64,000 nucleotides of DNA, from positions 5,165 through 69,164 of the forward strand of contig JAFGNJ010000028.1 in assembly GCA_016927065.1 (NCBI GenBank), read 5' to 3'. Shown here piece after piece: positions 30,348 through 39,840 of the stretch (position 1 is the first letter of the stretch; each line of letters opens with the position of its first letter). The notes below the pieces were generated by a model. That model saw only the letters and a list, made by a program, of their open reading frames with translations. It was not told the DNA's origin and did not search any database. Source of the DNA: Deltaproteobacteria bacterium. Lineage in GTDB: Bacteria; Desulfobacterota; B13-G15; RBG-16-54-18. A program made the position numbers and the translations under genes.

Positions 30348-31721
30348 TCATCCTGGAAACAAGTACCCCCACACCTCCCGCAAATCACGGGCACCGATGA
30401 ACTCCATCCCCTTCGTGGGCTTGATCCCCCGGGCGCTGCTGCGGGGGAGGATACAACGCTCGAAGCCCAAGCGGGCCGACTCTGTAACGCGCTGCTCGCC
30501 GAAGCTCACCCCCCTGACTTCCCCGGCCAGCCCCACCTCGCCGAAGACCACCGTGGACGGCGGGACGACGTGATCCAGGTGGCTGGAGGCCACGGCGACC
30601 ACCACCCCCAGATCGACGGCGGGTTCCTCGATCCGCAACCCCCCGGCCACGTTGACGAAGATGTCCTGGTGCGAGAGGTTCATCCCCAGCTTCTTCTCCA
30701 TTACCGCCACCAAGAGGGACAGCCGGTTGTAGTCCACCCCCGTTGCCATCCTCTTGGGCACGGCAAAGGCCGTGGGGGCCACCAGGGCCTGGACCTCCAC
30801 CAGAATGGGCCTGGTCCCTTCCATACTCGCCATGACCGCGCTCCCGGAGGTCCCCTCAGGCCGCTCGGCCAAAAAGATCTCCGAGGGGTTGGCCACCTCC
30901 ACCAATCCTTCCTCCTTCATCTCGAAGACCCCGATCTCATTGGTGGAGCCGAAGCGGTTCTTCACTGCCCTGAGGATGCGGAAGGGGCTGTCCGCGCTGC
31001 GCTCCATGTACAGGACGGTATCCACGATGTGCTCCAGGACCCTCGGGCCGGCAATGGCCCCATCCTTGGTCACGTGCCCTATCAAAAAGGTCGCCACCCC
31101 CAAGCCCTTGGCCAGATAGGTCAGCCTCCCCGAGGTCTCCCGCACTTGGCTGATGCTCCCCGGGGCCGACCCCAATTGGGCGGTATAGATGGACTGGATG
31201 GAATCGACCACCAGGACCTGAGGCTGTATCTCCTCCACACCCTGGATGATCCGCTCCAGTGAGGTCTCCGCAGCCACAAAGAGCTCTGGACTCACCGCCC
31301 CCAGGCGCTTGGCCCGCAGCTTGGTTTGTCTGAGTGACTCCTCAGCGGAGATATAGAGGCACCGCCTCCCTTGGGCAGCTAAGCCATGGAGGCACTGGAA
31401 TATAAGGGTGGACTTCCCTATGCCCGGATCCCCCCCGAGCAGAACCACGGAACCTGCCACGATCCCCCCTCCCAGCACCCGGTTGAACTCCTCCAGACGG
31501 GTGGAGAGCCGCGCCCCCTCTTTCTCCTCCGCCACCTCCCCGATGGCACGGGGACTCTCTTCCCTCCCCCAGCGCTGCCGGACATCCCCCTCAGGGACCT
31601 CCTCCCCGACAAGCTCCTCCACCAGGGTCCCCCATCCCTGGCAATCGGGACATCTGCCCAGCCACTTGGGTGCCTGGTAGCCGCACTGTTGACAGATGAA
31701 AATTGTTTTCGTTTTGGCCAT
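30348..31721 (-). CDS. radA: DNA repair protein RadA/Sms
   Basis: N-terminal zinc ribbon CQQCGYQAPKWLGRCPDC, RecA-like Walker A GGDPGIGKST, KNRFG motif and C-terminal Lon-like domain. Start at ATG 31721 (MAKTKTIF...). Confidence 0.93.
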   Translation of the reverse strand: MAKTKTIFICQQCGYQAPKWLGRCPDCQGWGTLVEELVGEEVPEGDVRQRWGREESPRAIGEVAEEKEGARLSTRLEEFNRVLGGGIVAGSVVLLGGDPGIGKSTLIFQCLHGLAAQGRRCLYISAEESLRQTKLRAKRLGAVSPELFVAAETSLERIIQGVEEIQPQVLVVDSIQSIYTAQLGSAPGSISQVRETSGRLTYLAKGLGVATFLIGHVTKDGAIAGPRVLEHIVDTVLYMERSADSPFRILRAVKNRFGSTNEIGVFEMKEEGLVEVANPSEIFLAERPEGTSGSAVMASMEGTRPILVEVQALVAPTAFAVPKRMATGVDYNRLSLLVAVMEKKLGMNLSHQDIFVNVAGGLRIEEPAVDLGVVVAVASSHLDHVVPPSTVVFGEVGLAGEVRGVSFGEQRVTESARLGFERCILPRSSARGIKPTKGMEFIGARDLREVWGYLFPG

Positions 31722-31726
31722 TGTTA

Positions 31727-32644
31727 TCAGTCTTTCGGGGTGAACTTTGACAATGCATTCCCCAGAAGCTGACGGGCCTCCGGGGCATACCATCTTTCTA
31801 GAAACAGCTTGATTTCTTTTTCCAAGTTCGAACGGACCTGGGATTCAATGGGGTGCACTCTGAGGCGTTTATCCGCTCCGAAGGCATCCAGAGAATGCAT
31901 ACCCAGATCACGAATCTTCCTTGCCGTAGCTGATATGACTTCCTCAGAGGAGTATAGCTGATCTACCATACCCATCTCAAGGGCGTCCTCAGGGGGATAC
32001 AGTTCTCCGGAGGAGACTATCTGGCGGGCCTGATCCTCCCCTACTAATTGATTCAGGAGACAATCGGCCAGATAGGTGATAGGCACCTCCAGCTTGCTTT
32101 CGTTCAGCCCCATCACTGTACGTCCCTCGGCCATGAAGCGGTAGTCAGTGCAGAGGGCCAGGATACACCCACCAGCCGTCGCATGGCCGGTGATGGCGGC
32201 TATTGTCGGTTTAGGAAAGGTATACAGGTCAAGACAGAGGTGGTTAAACGCTTGGTAAAAGACCCCAAATTCCTGCTGCGGTAGGGGGTAGAGTTCTGGC
32301 AAGTCAAATCCAATAGAGAAGAATTTATCATTACTGCTGGTCAGCACCAGGCCGTGGACCATTGGATCATCCTTAAACACCTTTAGTGCCTCACCCAGCT
32401 CATCCAGAACTTGTTGGTTGATGGCATTAATGATCCCCCTGTTCAACTGGATCAGGGCGACCCCATCCTGCTGTTTATGACCTATAGTCTCCAACCGATT
32501 CTCCGTCTTCTGTATCAATTGGCCTATTCCACCAGAGAAGTCCGGGTTTGTCAAATGTTCATCACAGCATAGAATCTTCTCTTGTGGACGTTTTCCTTTT
32601 GCTGTTACAATAGGCCTTCGCAAACAAGGGGGCAGAGATGACAA
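31727..32644 (-). CDS. Enoyl-CoA hydratase/isomerase (crotonase) family protein
   Basis: Crotonase fold blocks ...INAINQQVLDEL..., FFSIGFDLPE and ITGHATAGGCILALCTDYRF. The true start may be TTG 32518, giving about 263 aa. Confidence 0.75.
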   Translation of the reverse strand: MSSLPPCLRRPIVTAKGKRPQEKILCCDEHLTNPDFSGGIGQLIQKTENRLETIGHKQQDGVALIQLNRGIINAINQQVLDELGEALKVFKDDPMVHGLVLTSSNDKFFSIGFDLPELYPLPQQEFGVFYQAFNHLCLDLYTFPKPTIAAITGHATAGGCILALCTDYRFMAEGRTVMGLNESKLEVPITYLADCLLNQLVGEDQARQIVSSGELYPPEDALEMGMVDQLYSSEEVISATARKIRDLGMHSLDAFGADKRLRVHPIESQVRSNLEKEIKLFLERWYAPEARQLLGNALSKFTPKD

Positions 32645-32994
32645 AAGAGGCGTTCTTTCACGACTGGTTGGTCTCCTATCTCCAGGGAAGACTAGCGAGA
32701 GACTACAAGGAGATCAAGGCAAACGGAGCGGAGCAGAAGCATGAATTCAACGGACACTATCCCGATCTCATCCTGGCAAACCAGGGGATGGTGGTTGCCA
32801 TCATGGAGGTGGAGACCGAGGGGAGCATCACCCCGGAGCAGGCCGAGCGCTGGAAGGAACTCGCGGGCCTGGGGGCCAAACTCATCCTGATGATCCCGAA
32901 CCATACGCGGCCCAAGGTTATGGACCTGGTATTGCAAAAAGGGCTTGCCGGCAAGGTGGGGGTGGGGAGCTATGAAATCACCATCAAGATGTAA
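32638..32994 (+). CDS. Small hypothetical protein, possibly PD-(D/E)xK nuclease fold (YraN/UPF0102-like pattern)
   Basis: Pattern ...VSYLQG...YPDLILANQGMVVAIMEVETEG resembles the PD...(D/E)xK strand arrangement of YraN-like proteins, but the Lys is absent. Confidence 0.3.
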   Translation: MTKEAFFHDWLVSYLQGRLARDYKEIKANGAEQKHEFNGHYPDLILANQGMVVAIMEVETEGSITPEQAERWKELAGLGAKLILMIPNHTRPKVMDLVLQKGLAGKVGVGSYEITIKM

Positions 32995-33036
32995 CGATAC
33001 TATTCCCCTGGTCCTGTGTGTTAAGGGATTTTCAGC

Positions 33037-34335
33037 GTGAGATGTATCCTTGTCATCCTAGACGGGTTGGGAGATAGAGCCCACTCTGTCTTAAAAAATC
33101 GTACCCCCCTCCAAGCGGCCCACACCCCCCACCTTGATCAGCTTGCCACCATGGGGATGAATGGTCTCTATCATCCCTACGTGCAGGGCATCCCACTCTC
33201 CAGCGAGATCGCCCACTTTCTCATCTTCGGCTACGATCTCGAAGAGTTTCCCGGGCGCGGTTATATCGAGGCAGTAGGGAGTGGCATTGAGATAGACGAC
33301 ACGGAGGTGGTGCTTCTCTGTCATTTTTGCAGTGTCATTAAAGAGAATAACAAGCTCATCCTGGACAAGGAACGCCCGCCAGTAACCGATTCAGAACGTG
33401 CAATTCTCTTGGAAGAAGTGACCCCCTATAAAGTTGGTGATATCACCATACGTTTTGTGTCCACGAAGGGAGCCGACGGTTTTCTGGTCCTTTCGGGGAA
33501 GACATCCCCTAATATCACTGACAGCAACCCCATAACTGAGGGTCTTCCGTTGATCTCGGTACAACCTTTAGACCCCAGCCCAGAAGCGCGCCAGACAGCT
33601 AAGGGGCTCAATCACTATTTCCGATGGCTTTATCAGAAGCTCTCATTCCATTCTATTAACAGCGACCGGAAAAAGAAAAACCTGCCGCCGATCAACATCC
33701 TGGCCACCCAGCGGGCCGGCAGAAAAAAAACACTTGAACCCTTTTTCGAGAAGTGGGGCCTCAGGGGGCTCTCCATTGCCGCCGGTCCCCTCTACTGGGG
33801 GTTGTGCCAGGAGATTGGGATGGATGTAATTAAAGAAAAGGAAAGCAACGATCCTGAAAAAGACCTCAAGGAGCGGCTGCGGCAGGCCCATGAGGCCCGG
33901 ACGTACGACTTCATCCACGTCCACACCAAGATGCCTGATGAGGCGGCTCATACCAAAGATTCATATTATAAAAGTGAAGTAATAGAAGCCCTAGATCGTG
34001 CCATGGTCTCTGCCGTGCAAAAAATGATGCCCGACCCAGAGACCTTACTGGTGGTGACGGCGGACCACTCCACACCAAGTTCCGGTGCGATGATCCATTC
34101 CGGGGAAACCGTCCCCCTCACCATGGTGGGGAGATATCCGCGTCGGGACACAGTAACGGCCTTCAATGAGATCGACTGTGCCTTGGGTGGTCTCGGTCCT
34201 ATCAGAGGAAAAGAACTTATGTATCTTATCCTCAACTTCCTCGATCGCGCCAAGATGAAGGGCCTCATGGATACCACCATCGATCAGCCATATACCCCGG
34301 GACACTATCGGCCCTTGACCCTTGAAGGAGAATAG
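33037..34335 (+). CDS. Cofactor-independent phosphoglycerate mutase, archaeal type (ApgM family; alkaline-phosphatase superfamily)
   Basis: N-terminal ILVILDGLGDR...TPHLDQLA, conserved DFIHVHTKMPDEAAHTKD and VTADHSTP metal-binding blocks. Confidence 0.65.
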   Translation: MRCILVILDGLGDRAHSVLKNRTPLQAAHTPHLDQLATMGMNGLYHPYVQGIPLSSEIAHFLIFGYDLEEFPGRGYIEAVGSGIEIDDTEVVLLCHFCSVIKENNKLILDKERPPVTDSERAILLEEVTPYKVGDITIRFVSTKGADGFLVLSGKTSPNITDSNPITEGLPLISVQPLDPSPEARQTAKGLNHYFRWLYQKLSFHSINSDRKKKNLPPINILATQRAGRKKTLEPFFEKWGLRGLSIAAGPLYWGLCQEIGMDVIKEKESNDPEKDLKERLRQAHEARTYDFIHVHTKMPDEAAHTKDSYYKSEVIEALDRAMVSAVQKMMPDPETLLVVTADHSTPSSGAMIHSGETVPLTMVGRYPRRDTVTAFNEIDCALGGLGPIRGKELMYLILNFLDRAKMKGLMDTTIDQPYTPGHYRPLTLEGE

Positions 34336-34337
34336 CC

Positions 34338-35174
34338 GTGGAAATGACACAGGCGCTCGCGCTACTGAGCCAAAAACCGGAACTCGTCACCACCTTTCCG
34401 GAATGGCTCCTTCCTTCCACCCTCATCGCCAATTTGAAAAATATGGAGGGGGTGGCCCTGGCTGAGATCGCGGGCAGGGACAGCGTTGCTGCGGTCCTGA
34501 AGGCCACTGAAGAGCACCCCATCAAGAGCGTACTCCCCACTATCGCCTATACCGGTACTGAGTTCGGGGATTGGGAGCGGGCTGTTGCAACATCCCGTTT
34601 TGTAGCCGAACGGCTTCAAGGGAGTGGAGTTGTGGTCTTCGATCCGTTATTCCTTGGGTCCCCGCGATTCTGGTGGCTCCTCTGTGGGAGGTACATTTCA
34701 GCGCTCTTTGGCCGTTTCGGGTTTTACACCCCCTGTCTCGGATGCCACCTTTATTTTCACGCCCTGCGCATCCCCTTAGCCAGACTCACCGGGGCCTCAT
34801 ATATCATTAGCGGCGAGCGTGAACGGCATGATGGCCACGTGAAGCTAAACCAGGTAGCTCCGGCGCTCGATGTTTATAGGGAGTTTGTGGGCCGTTTTGA
34901 TGTCGAGTTGCTTTTGCTGCTGCGTGATATTCACTCCGGGAAGGAGATTGAACGGATTATAGGTCAGCAATGGCAGGAAGGACGGGGACAACTTGAGTGC
35001 ATATTGAGCAAAAACTATCAGGATGAAAACGGGGTCATGTCCTATGACGAGGAGGCCCTCAGACGCTTTTTTAAAGAATTTGCCTTTCCCATAGCCGAAG
35101 AGGTGGTCCGCGCCTATATCGAGGGGGAAAGTCCAGATTTTGAAACCCTTGCCAACGCTATTCAGCTCACATAA
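34338..35174 (+). CDS. Hypothetical protein with degenerate PP-loop-like motif (adenine nucleotide alpha-hydrolase-like?)
   Basis: LAEIAGRDSVAAV resembles the SGGxDS PP-loop. CLGCH Cys/His cluster. Start is 3 nt after the ApgM-like stop. Confidence 0.3.
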   Translation: MEMTQALALLSQKPELVTTFPEWLLPSTLIANLKNMEGVALAEIAGRDSVAAVLKATEEHPIKSVLPTIAYTGTEFGDWERAVATSRFVAERLQGSGVVVFDPLFLGSPRFWWLLCGRYISALFGRFGFYTPCLGCHLYFHALRIPLARLTGASYIISGERERHDGHVKLNQVAPALDVYREFVGRFDVELLLLLRDIHSGKEIERIIGQQWQEGRGQLECILSKNYQDENGVMSYDEEALRRFFKEFAFPIAEEVVRAYIEGESPDFETLANAIQLT

Positions 35175-35375
35175 GCTTGATAAAATCAAACGGCCTGGGC
35201 AACATTATTCTTCGCTCCGGGCAATACGGTTTTCTTAATGGCAAGAGATCTTTGGGCCTTCGTACGCCGCTAACTATTAAGAAGGATCACGAGTTATGCT
35301 GAGTTTATTAAGTGCTTTTGCCTTTTATCTACAATAATTATTAGTCGATTAATACAATGTCTAGATGTCCTTTCT

Positions 35376-36605
35376 TCATCGCTGTGATGCGTTCTTGAGG
35401 CAGACGTAGAACAAGATTGTGGTGATACTTGCCAAACCGGCAAGACTGAACCATGTGGGCTGGTAGCGACCCCACGTGTCAAATACCCAACCGGCTAGAG
35501 GTGCACCGGCAATCATACCCAGCATCATGACCCCACTGGTCAAGCCAGCCAGTGTACTTAACCTTTCCCTGCCGAAATACTCCTTTAATAACCCATTCAA
35601 TATGGGGACACCGCCCCCCCATCCTATAGCATAAAAGATAATAAATACTCCAATCAACCAGGCCCGATCAGTAGATAACAAGCCAAAAATGAAAAGGCCG
35701 AAGGCGGTGAGTGCAAAGGCCAGGGTTGCGACGGTTTTTTTATCAATTCGATCTCCCAGCCAACCAAAGCCCACGCGGCCTATGATGGTCATCATCGGTA
35801 GTGCTGCTGCTATGAACTTTGAGGTTGATCGCTCTATGCCAATAGTGCTGAGATACGGCATGATATGGGTGACCACGGCGCTGAGCGGCAGCATTTGAAA
35901 GAGGAAGGCTATTGCGATAATCCAAAAGGACCGACTGGCCAGCGCCTCTTTGGCACCGACCTTGACCCCTTCGCTTTTGAGCGGAAACGTATGTGCAGGA
36001 TTAAAAGCAGACTTCCTTTTCTCACCATCAGGGAGATAACCGTATTGTTCTGGTTTGTGCCGAAGGAACAGTGACAATGGTACGGGTACAACCCACATTC
36101 CCAATCCTGTGATAAGCATGGCCTGCCGCCACCCAAAGGTATCGGTTAGCTCGGTGATAAGGGGTATAAGGATGCCTCCTAAAGAGACCCCGCTGGCGGC
36201 AATTCCCATAGCTAATCCCATATTTTTATGGAACCAGTTCGCTACCGTTGCCATTAATAATGTGCTAGACGCAGCGCTTGCCCCTGCAGCGATAAGGATA
36301 AAGCAGGCATAGAACATGGTGAGTGTGTGGATGTGACTCAGGAGTACGAGGCCAAGACCACTCAAGAGAGCCCCACAAAAGACCACGCAGCGAGCCCCCC
36401 AGCGATCCATGAGCATACCCGCAACCGGTGCGAGAAGCCCTACCTCAACACCGCGCAGGGAAGTCGCAAAAGATACCTGTGTATAGCTCCAGTTGAATTC
36501 TTTCACTATTGGTTCAAAGACCGCAGTGAACCCCAGATTAATAGACCCGCTGATATAGAGCGAAATCAGACAGCAGGAGCCGACGATGTACCATCCATAG
36601 AACAC
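35376..36605 (-). CDS. MFS transporter (oxalate/formate antiporter-like subfamily), paralogue B
   Basis: About 60% identical to the MFS ORF at 19158..20396 (MFYGWYIVGSCCLISLYISGS... vs MYYGWYFVIACSLISVYTSGT...). Immediately downstream of the corrinoid methyltransferase genes on the same strand. Confidence 0.8.
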   Translation of the reverse strand: MFYGWYIVGSCCLISLYISGSINLGFTAVFEPIVKEFNWSYTQVSFATSLRGVEVGLLAPVAGMLMDRWGARCVVFCGALLSGLGLVLLSHIHTLTMFYACFILIAAGASAASSTLLMATVANWFHKNMGLAMGIAASGVSLGGILIPLITELTDTFGWRQAMLITGLGMWVVPVPLSLFLRHKPEQYGYLPDGEKRKSAFNPAHTFPLKSEGVKVGAKEALASRSFWIIAIAFLFQMLPLSAVVTHIMPYLSTIGIERSTSKFIAAALPMMTIIGRVGFGWLGDRIDKKTVATLAFALTAFGLFIFGLLSTDRAWLIGVFIIFYAIGWGGGVPILNGLLKEYFGRERLSTLAGLTSGVMMLGMIAGAPLAGWVFDTWGRYQPTWFSLAGLASITTILFYVCLKNASQR

Positions 36606-36754
36606 GTATACTTCCTCTGGTATTAGTGCCTTACAAGACGGCCGAATAGATTTTTTTCTTCGATGAGTCCTTATTTTTCTAGAGGTCTTACGATGGAACC
36701 AATAAGGCCTGGCTCATTGACCCATGTCTCACACTGTTTTTTGCGGGGGAGTTG

Positions 36755-38104
36755 TCACGTGTTGGAAGCTCCGTATTCTTTGGCCGCTTCGATCATCGCC
36801 TTGACATTTGCCGCCTTCGCGCCTGACATGCCGGCACCTGTTGCAAATATATACCCGCCGTTTTTTCCTACGCTTTCGATCAACTGTTTGCAGTGTGCCC
36901 TTACCTCATCTGGGGTGCCGGTGATCAAAAGATCAATAGGGAAGTTTCCCGAGATACAAGCTACGCGTCCCACCGTCTCTTTGGCCTTAACCATATCAGT
37001 TCGATCGAACAACCAAAGCGCCTTTCCCTTCGGGAGGTCTGAAATGATATCAAGCCGCTGGTTGTAACTGCCCTCGGCAAAAAGGTGAGGGACCATGCCC
37101 TCGTTGATAAGGCCAATAATGAGTTTACGGAGGGTCGGCCAATAGAAGGTTTGAAATTGTTCGTCGGACAGGAAACCGTCGGCTCCCTTGTGAAGGGGGA
37201 TCAAGGGCATGAGATGGCCACTGGCCCGGCAGGCATTCACCCCGGCTTTCACCATAATTGGCGTCAGACGCTCACAGGCCTCTTTCAATTCATCCGGGCA
37301 GCGAAAAATATCCAGCATCACCCCCTTGGTTCCTCGAAGGCTGTCGCCGATCGTATCAAAGGGGGCCTTGGTGAAACCTCCTCCAAAAGCTGGGATTCCC
37401 TTTTTGCCCATGATGTTCCTACTAAGTTTACCGACCGCGGTTCGAAACCTCAGGGCCTCGTCTCCGGCCTTCATGAGGGCTTGTAAAGCACTTTTCATAT
37501 CCTCGTCACTAAAGGGGATTACAGCGGGAGGAACACACAGGATTTCGTGGACAATCGGAAGCACGGGATATTTTTGAAGCCCTGTGAGCGCACCAAAGAT
37601 TCGGGGGAAATAGCTGTTTTGGAAGAAGGCGGTAGGGTCATCAATTAAGTCCTGGTATTCTTCCGCCTTCATGTATTCATCCTCCACAAACTGGTACTCT
37701 TGTTCTTTAGCGACACCGTGCCCCGCCCACGCAAAGAGTTTAAAATCCAGTATATCGAGCATCTTGCCCGACACGAGACTTGCCGGGCCGTTATAGACAT
37801 CCGTCATGAACTCATCTTGGTATTCCTCAATGACCTTGGTGAGCGCCTCGTAGTTATACATGGCTTCGTACATGGTGATCTTGGAATTCTGGATGGGGAA
37901 ACAACTTGGTGAAGGGCAGACAGGAATACGGCTTGGTTTCTTCTTGAGCTGTATCGCATCTTTAATCAAGGTGACCCGTTCCTGGTAAGCGGCCTTCGTA
38001 TCGTTATCGACAAAGGGAATGCCCTCCCCCGAACGCCAAATATTGAACCGCTCTTCCTGCTTCTCGTCTGCATCGGGCGAGATTTCAATAAATCGCTCTT
38101 TCAT
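36755..38104 (-). CDS. Uroporphyrinogen decarboxylase (URO-D)-family methyltransferase (MtaA/CmuA-like), with about 100-aa N-terminal extension
   Basis: URO-D-like TIM-barrel region and size. Zinc-site-like residues. Gene-order context with a corrinoid protein and a pterin-binding methyltransferase. Confidence 0.6.
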   Translation of the reverse strand: MKERFIEISPDADEKQEERFNIWRSGEGIPFVDNDTKAAYQERVTLIKDAIQLKKKPSRIPVCPSPSCFPIQNSKITMYEAMYNYEALTKVIEEYQDEFMTDVYNGPASLVSGKMLDILDFKLFAWAGHGVAKEQEYQFVEDEYMKAEEYQDLIDDPTAFFQNSYFPRIFGALTGLQKYPVLPIVHEILCVPPAVIPFSDEDMKSALQALMKAGDEALRFRTAVGKLSRNIMGKKGIPAFGGGFTKAPFDTIGDSLRGTKGVMLDIFRCPDELKEACERLTPIMVKAGVNACRASGHLMPLIPLHKGADGFLSDEQFQTFYWPTLRKLIIGLINEGMVPHLFAEGSYNQRLDIISDLPKGKALWLFDRTDMVKAKETVGRVACISGNFPIDLLITGTPDEVRAHCKQLIESVGKNGGYIFATGAGMSGAKAANVKAMIEAAKEYGASNT

Positions 38105-38105
38105 G

Positions 38106-38738
38106 CTATTTTCCCCCTATCCATTGTTTTGCGAGGTTGACACCCGCTATGGCGTTAGGACCGAGGGCATCGGCACCGGTGTAGTCTTTTACCTGTTCAG
38201 TTACCTGGCCTCCGCCGATCATGATTTTGACCTTTTCTCGTAGTCCAGCCTTTTCAATAGCCTCTACCGTCTCCTTCATTGAATCAAAGGCAAGGGACAA
38301 CAATCCACTCATCCCGACAACCTGGGGTTGAAATTCTTGGATACTCTCCACAAATTTTTCCGGGGGCTGGTCGATCCCGATATCCCTCACCTCAAAACCA
38401 TTGACTTCAAGGAGAAATGTCACGATATTCTTGCCGATATCGTGAATATCTCCCTTGACCGTTCCTATGAGGACTCTCCTCTTTTCGGTAGTGCTCTTTT
38501 CTTCCTTGATCAGGGGCTTGATAATATCGGATATCTGTTTCAGCATCTCTCCCGCCATCATGAGATGGGGGAGAAAATACTCCCCTTTCTCAAAACGCTG
38601 GCCTACCTTCTCCATGGCCTTGGAACAGGCATCGAGAATATCCATGGGGTCGGTTCCAGAATCCAGCAATTGCTTTGCTTGTTGCAGGGCTTCCGTTTCC
38701 TGCATTTCCACCAGGGCATGAATTAACTTATCCGTCAT
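38106..38738 (-). CDS. Corrinoid (cobalamin-binding) protein
   Basis: B12-binding motif GDIHDIGKNIV (DxHxxG...). N-terminal helical cap domain. Start chosen at ATG 38738 (MTDKLIHAL...). Confidence 0.8.
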   Translation of the reverse strand: MTDKLIHALVEMQETEALQQAKQLLDSGTDPMDILDACSKAMEKVGQRFEKGEYFLPHLMMAGEMLKQISDIIKPLIKEEKSTTEKRRVLIGTVKGDIHDIGKNIVTFLLEVNGFEVRDIGIDQPPEKFVESIQEFQPQVVGMSGLLSLAFDSMKETVEAIEKAGLREKVKIMIGGGQVTEQVKDYTGADALGPNAIAGVNLAKQWIGGK

Positions 38739-38834
38739 GAATGGTCTCCTTTCTATATAGCGGCATAGCGGCAAGATAAAACATAGAAAAAGATTTATCT
38801 ATAAAATCCATACAATCCTCTTGGACAAAGAATT

Positions 38835-39644
38835 TCAACATACGATTTTTCCTGCTTTATGGGCATTAATGAAATTCATGCAAAAATTGTCCCTTCCGAC
38901 CAAGGCCTCCGCAGCAAGGACATTGGCCATCATCTGCTTATCGAGGGGATCAAGGATGGCCGCGTCAAGCCCTTTTGCGATAGCCATGGCCATGAAGGTA
39001 CGATTGAGGAATTTTCTTTGGGGGAGTCCATAGGAAACGTTGGATAAACCGCATATAGTGTGGATGCCGGAGAAACGAGACATGATCTGTTCAACGGATT
39101 TCAGAAACTCTCTTCCGAATGTTTGGTCCGTAGCCACAGGCTGCACAAGAGGGTCGACGTAGATATTTTCTAGTTTTATTTTATGGTCGAGCAGGAAATT
39201 GACAAGCTCTTCGGCGATCCTTATCCGGTCATCGGCCGTCCTCGGCATACCCTCATCACTCATACAGAGGGCGACCACCTTGAAGTCGTTAGCGGTCACG
39301 ACGGGGAGCAGCTTTTCACACCGCTCTTTTTCCAAAGAGATGGAATTGATCATGGGGATTCCCTTATGGACCTTCAACGCGGCCTCGAGGGCTGCCGGAT
39401 TCGGACTATCAAGGCAGCAGGGGAGTTCTACGGCCTCCTGAACGGTTTGAACGAGCCAGGTCAGGTATTCTATCTCTCGATCCTGGAAAGATCCTGCATT
39501 GACGTCGATGTATCGGGCGCCTGCATTCGCCTGATCTTTAGCGATCTGCTGGATCGAAGCCCTATCCCCGGCCTCGATAGCGGCGGCGATCGCCTTACGG
39601 GTGGAATTGATGAGTTCTCCGACGATAAGCATTTTCTTTGCCAC
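38835..39644 (-). CDS. Pterin-binding methyltransferase (methyl-tetrahydrofolate:corrinoid methyltransferase, MtrH/AcsE/MetH-pterin-domain-like)
   Basis: Dihydropteroate-synthase-like TIM barrel: LIVGELINSTRK, YIDVNAG and CLSNVSYGLP blocks. Confidence 0.7.
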   Translation of the reverse strand: MAKKMLIVGELINSTRKAIAAAIEAGDRASIQQIAKDQANAGARYIDVNAGSFQDREIEYLTWLVQTVQEAVELPCCLDSPNPAALEAALKVHKGIPMINSISLEKERCEKLLPVVTANDFKVVALCMSDEGMPRTADDRIRIAEELVNFLLDHKIKLENIYVDPLVQPVATDQTFGREFLKSVEQIMSRFSGIHTICGLSNVSYGLPQRKFLNRTFMAMAIAKGLDAAILDPLDKQMMANVLAAEALVGRDNFCMNFINAHKAGKIVC

Positions 39645-39663
39645 CCTTGAGAAAGAATGTTAG

Positions 39664-39727
39664 TGGTATAATATTTCTGTACATCTTAAAAAAGATTCAC
39701 AATTATACCAACCGGTAGGTATAATAT
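39664..39727. promoter_or_regulatory. AT-rich nested palindrome / repeated GGTATAAT(A/T) motif upstream of the corrinoid methyltransferase operon
   Basis: TGGTATAAT (39664..39672) and its inverse ATTATACCA (39702..39710) flank an inner palindrome ATCTTaaaaAAGAT (39683..39696). A third direct copy GGTATAATAT lies at 39718..39727. Confidence 0.4.
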
Positions 39728-39840
39728 GGAAAAATTAACACACTTTTGCTCATTAGTCAATCTTTAATTTTAAGAAGAATTGACTTCAAAACACCGTGCG
39801 GACATTTCAAGCCCTTTACTGTGGAGTGAGTTAGGGGGTG

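Noticed and set aside
28780-31262. Long plus-strand ORFs (28780..29676, 29132..29782, 30570..31262) antisense to the ABC-ATPase and radA genes
   Set aside because: The opposite-strand genes have strong family signatures. These ORFs have biased Pro/Gly/Arg composition typical of GC-rich antisense frames.
34338-35174. Calling the 278-aa PP-loop-like protein LarE (to go with the larA homologue 6 kb away)
   Set aside because: The motif is degenerate (IAGRDS rather than SGGxDS). There is no recognisable LarE-like Cys-containing segment. It is not adjacent to larA. I kept it as a generic AANH-like hypothesis only.
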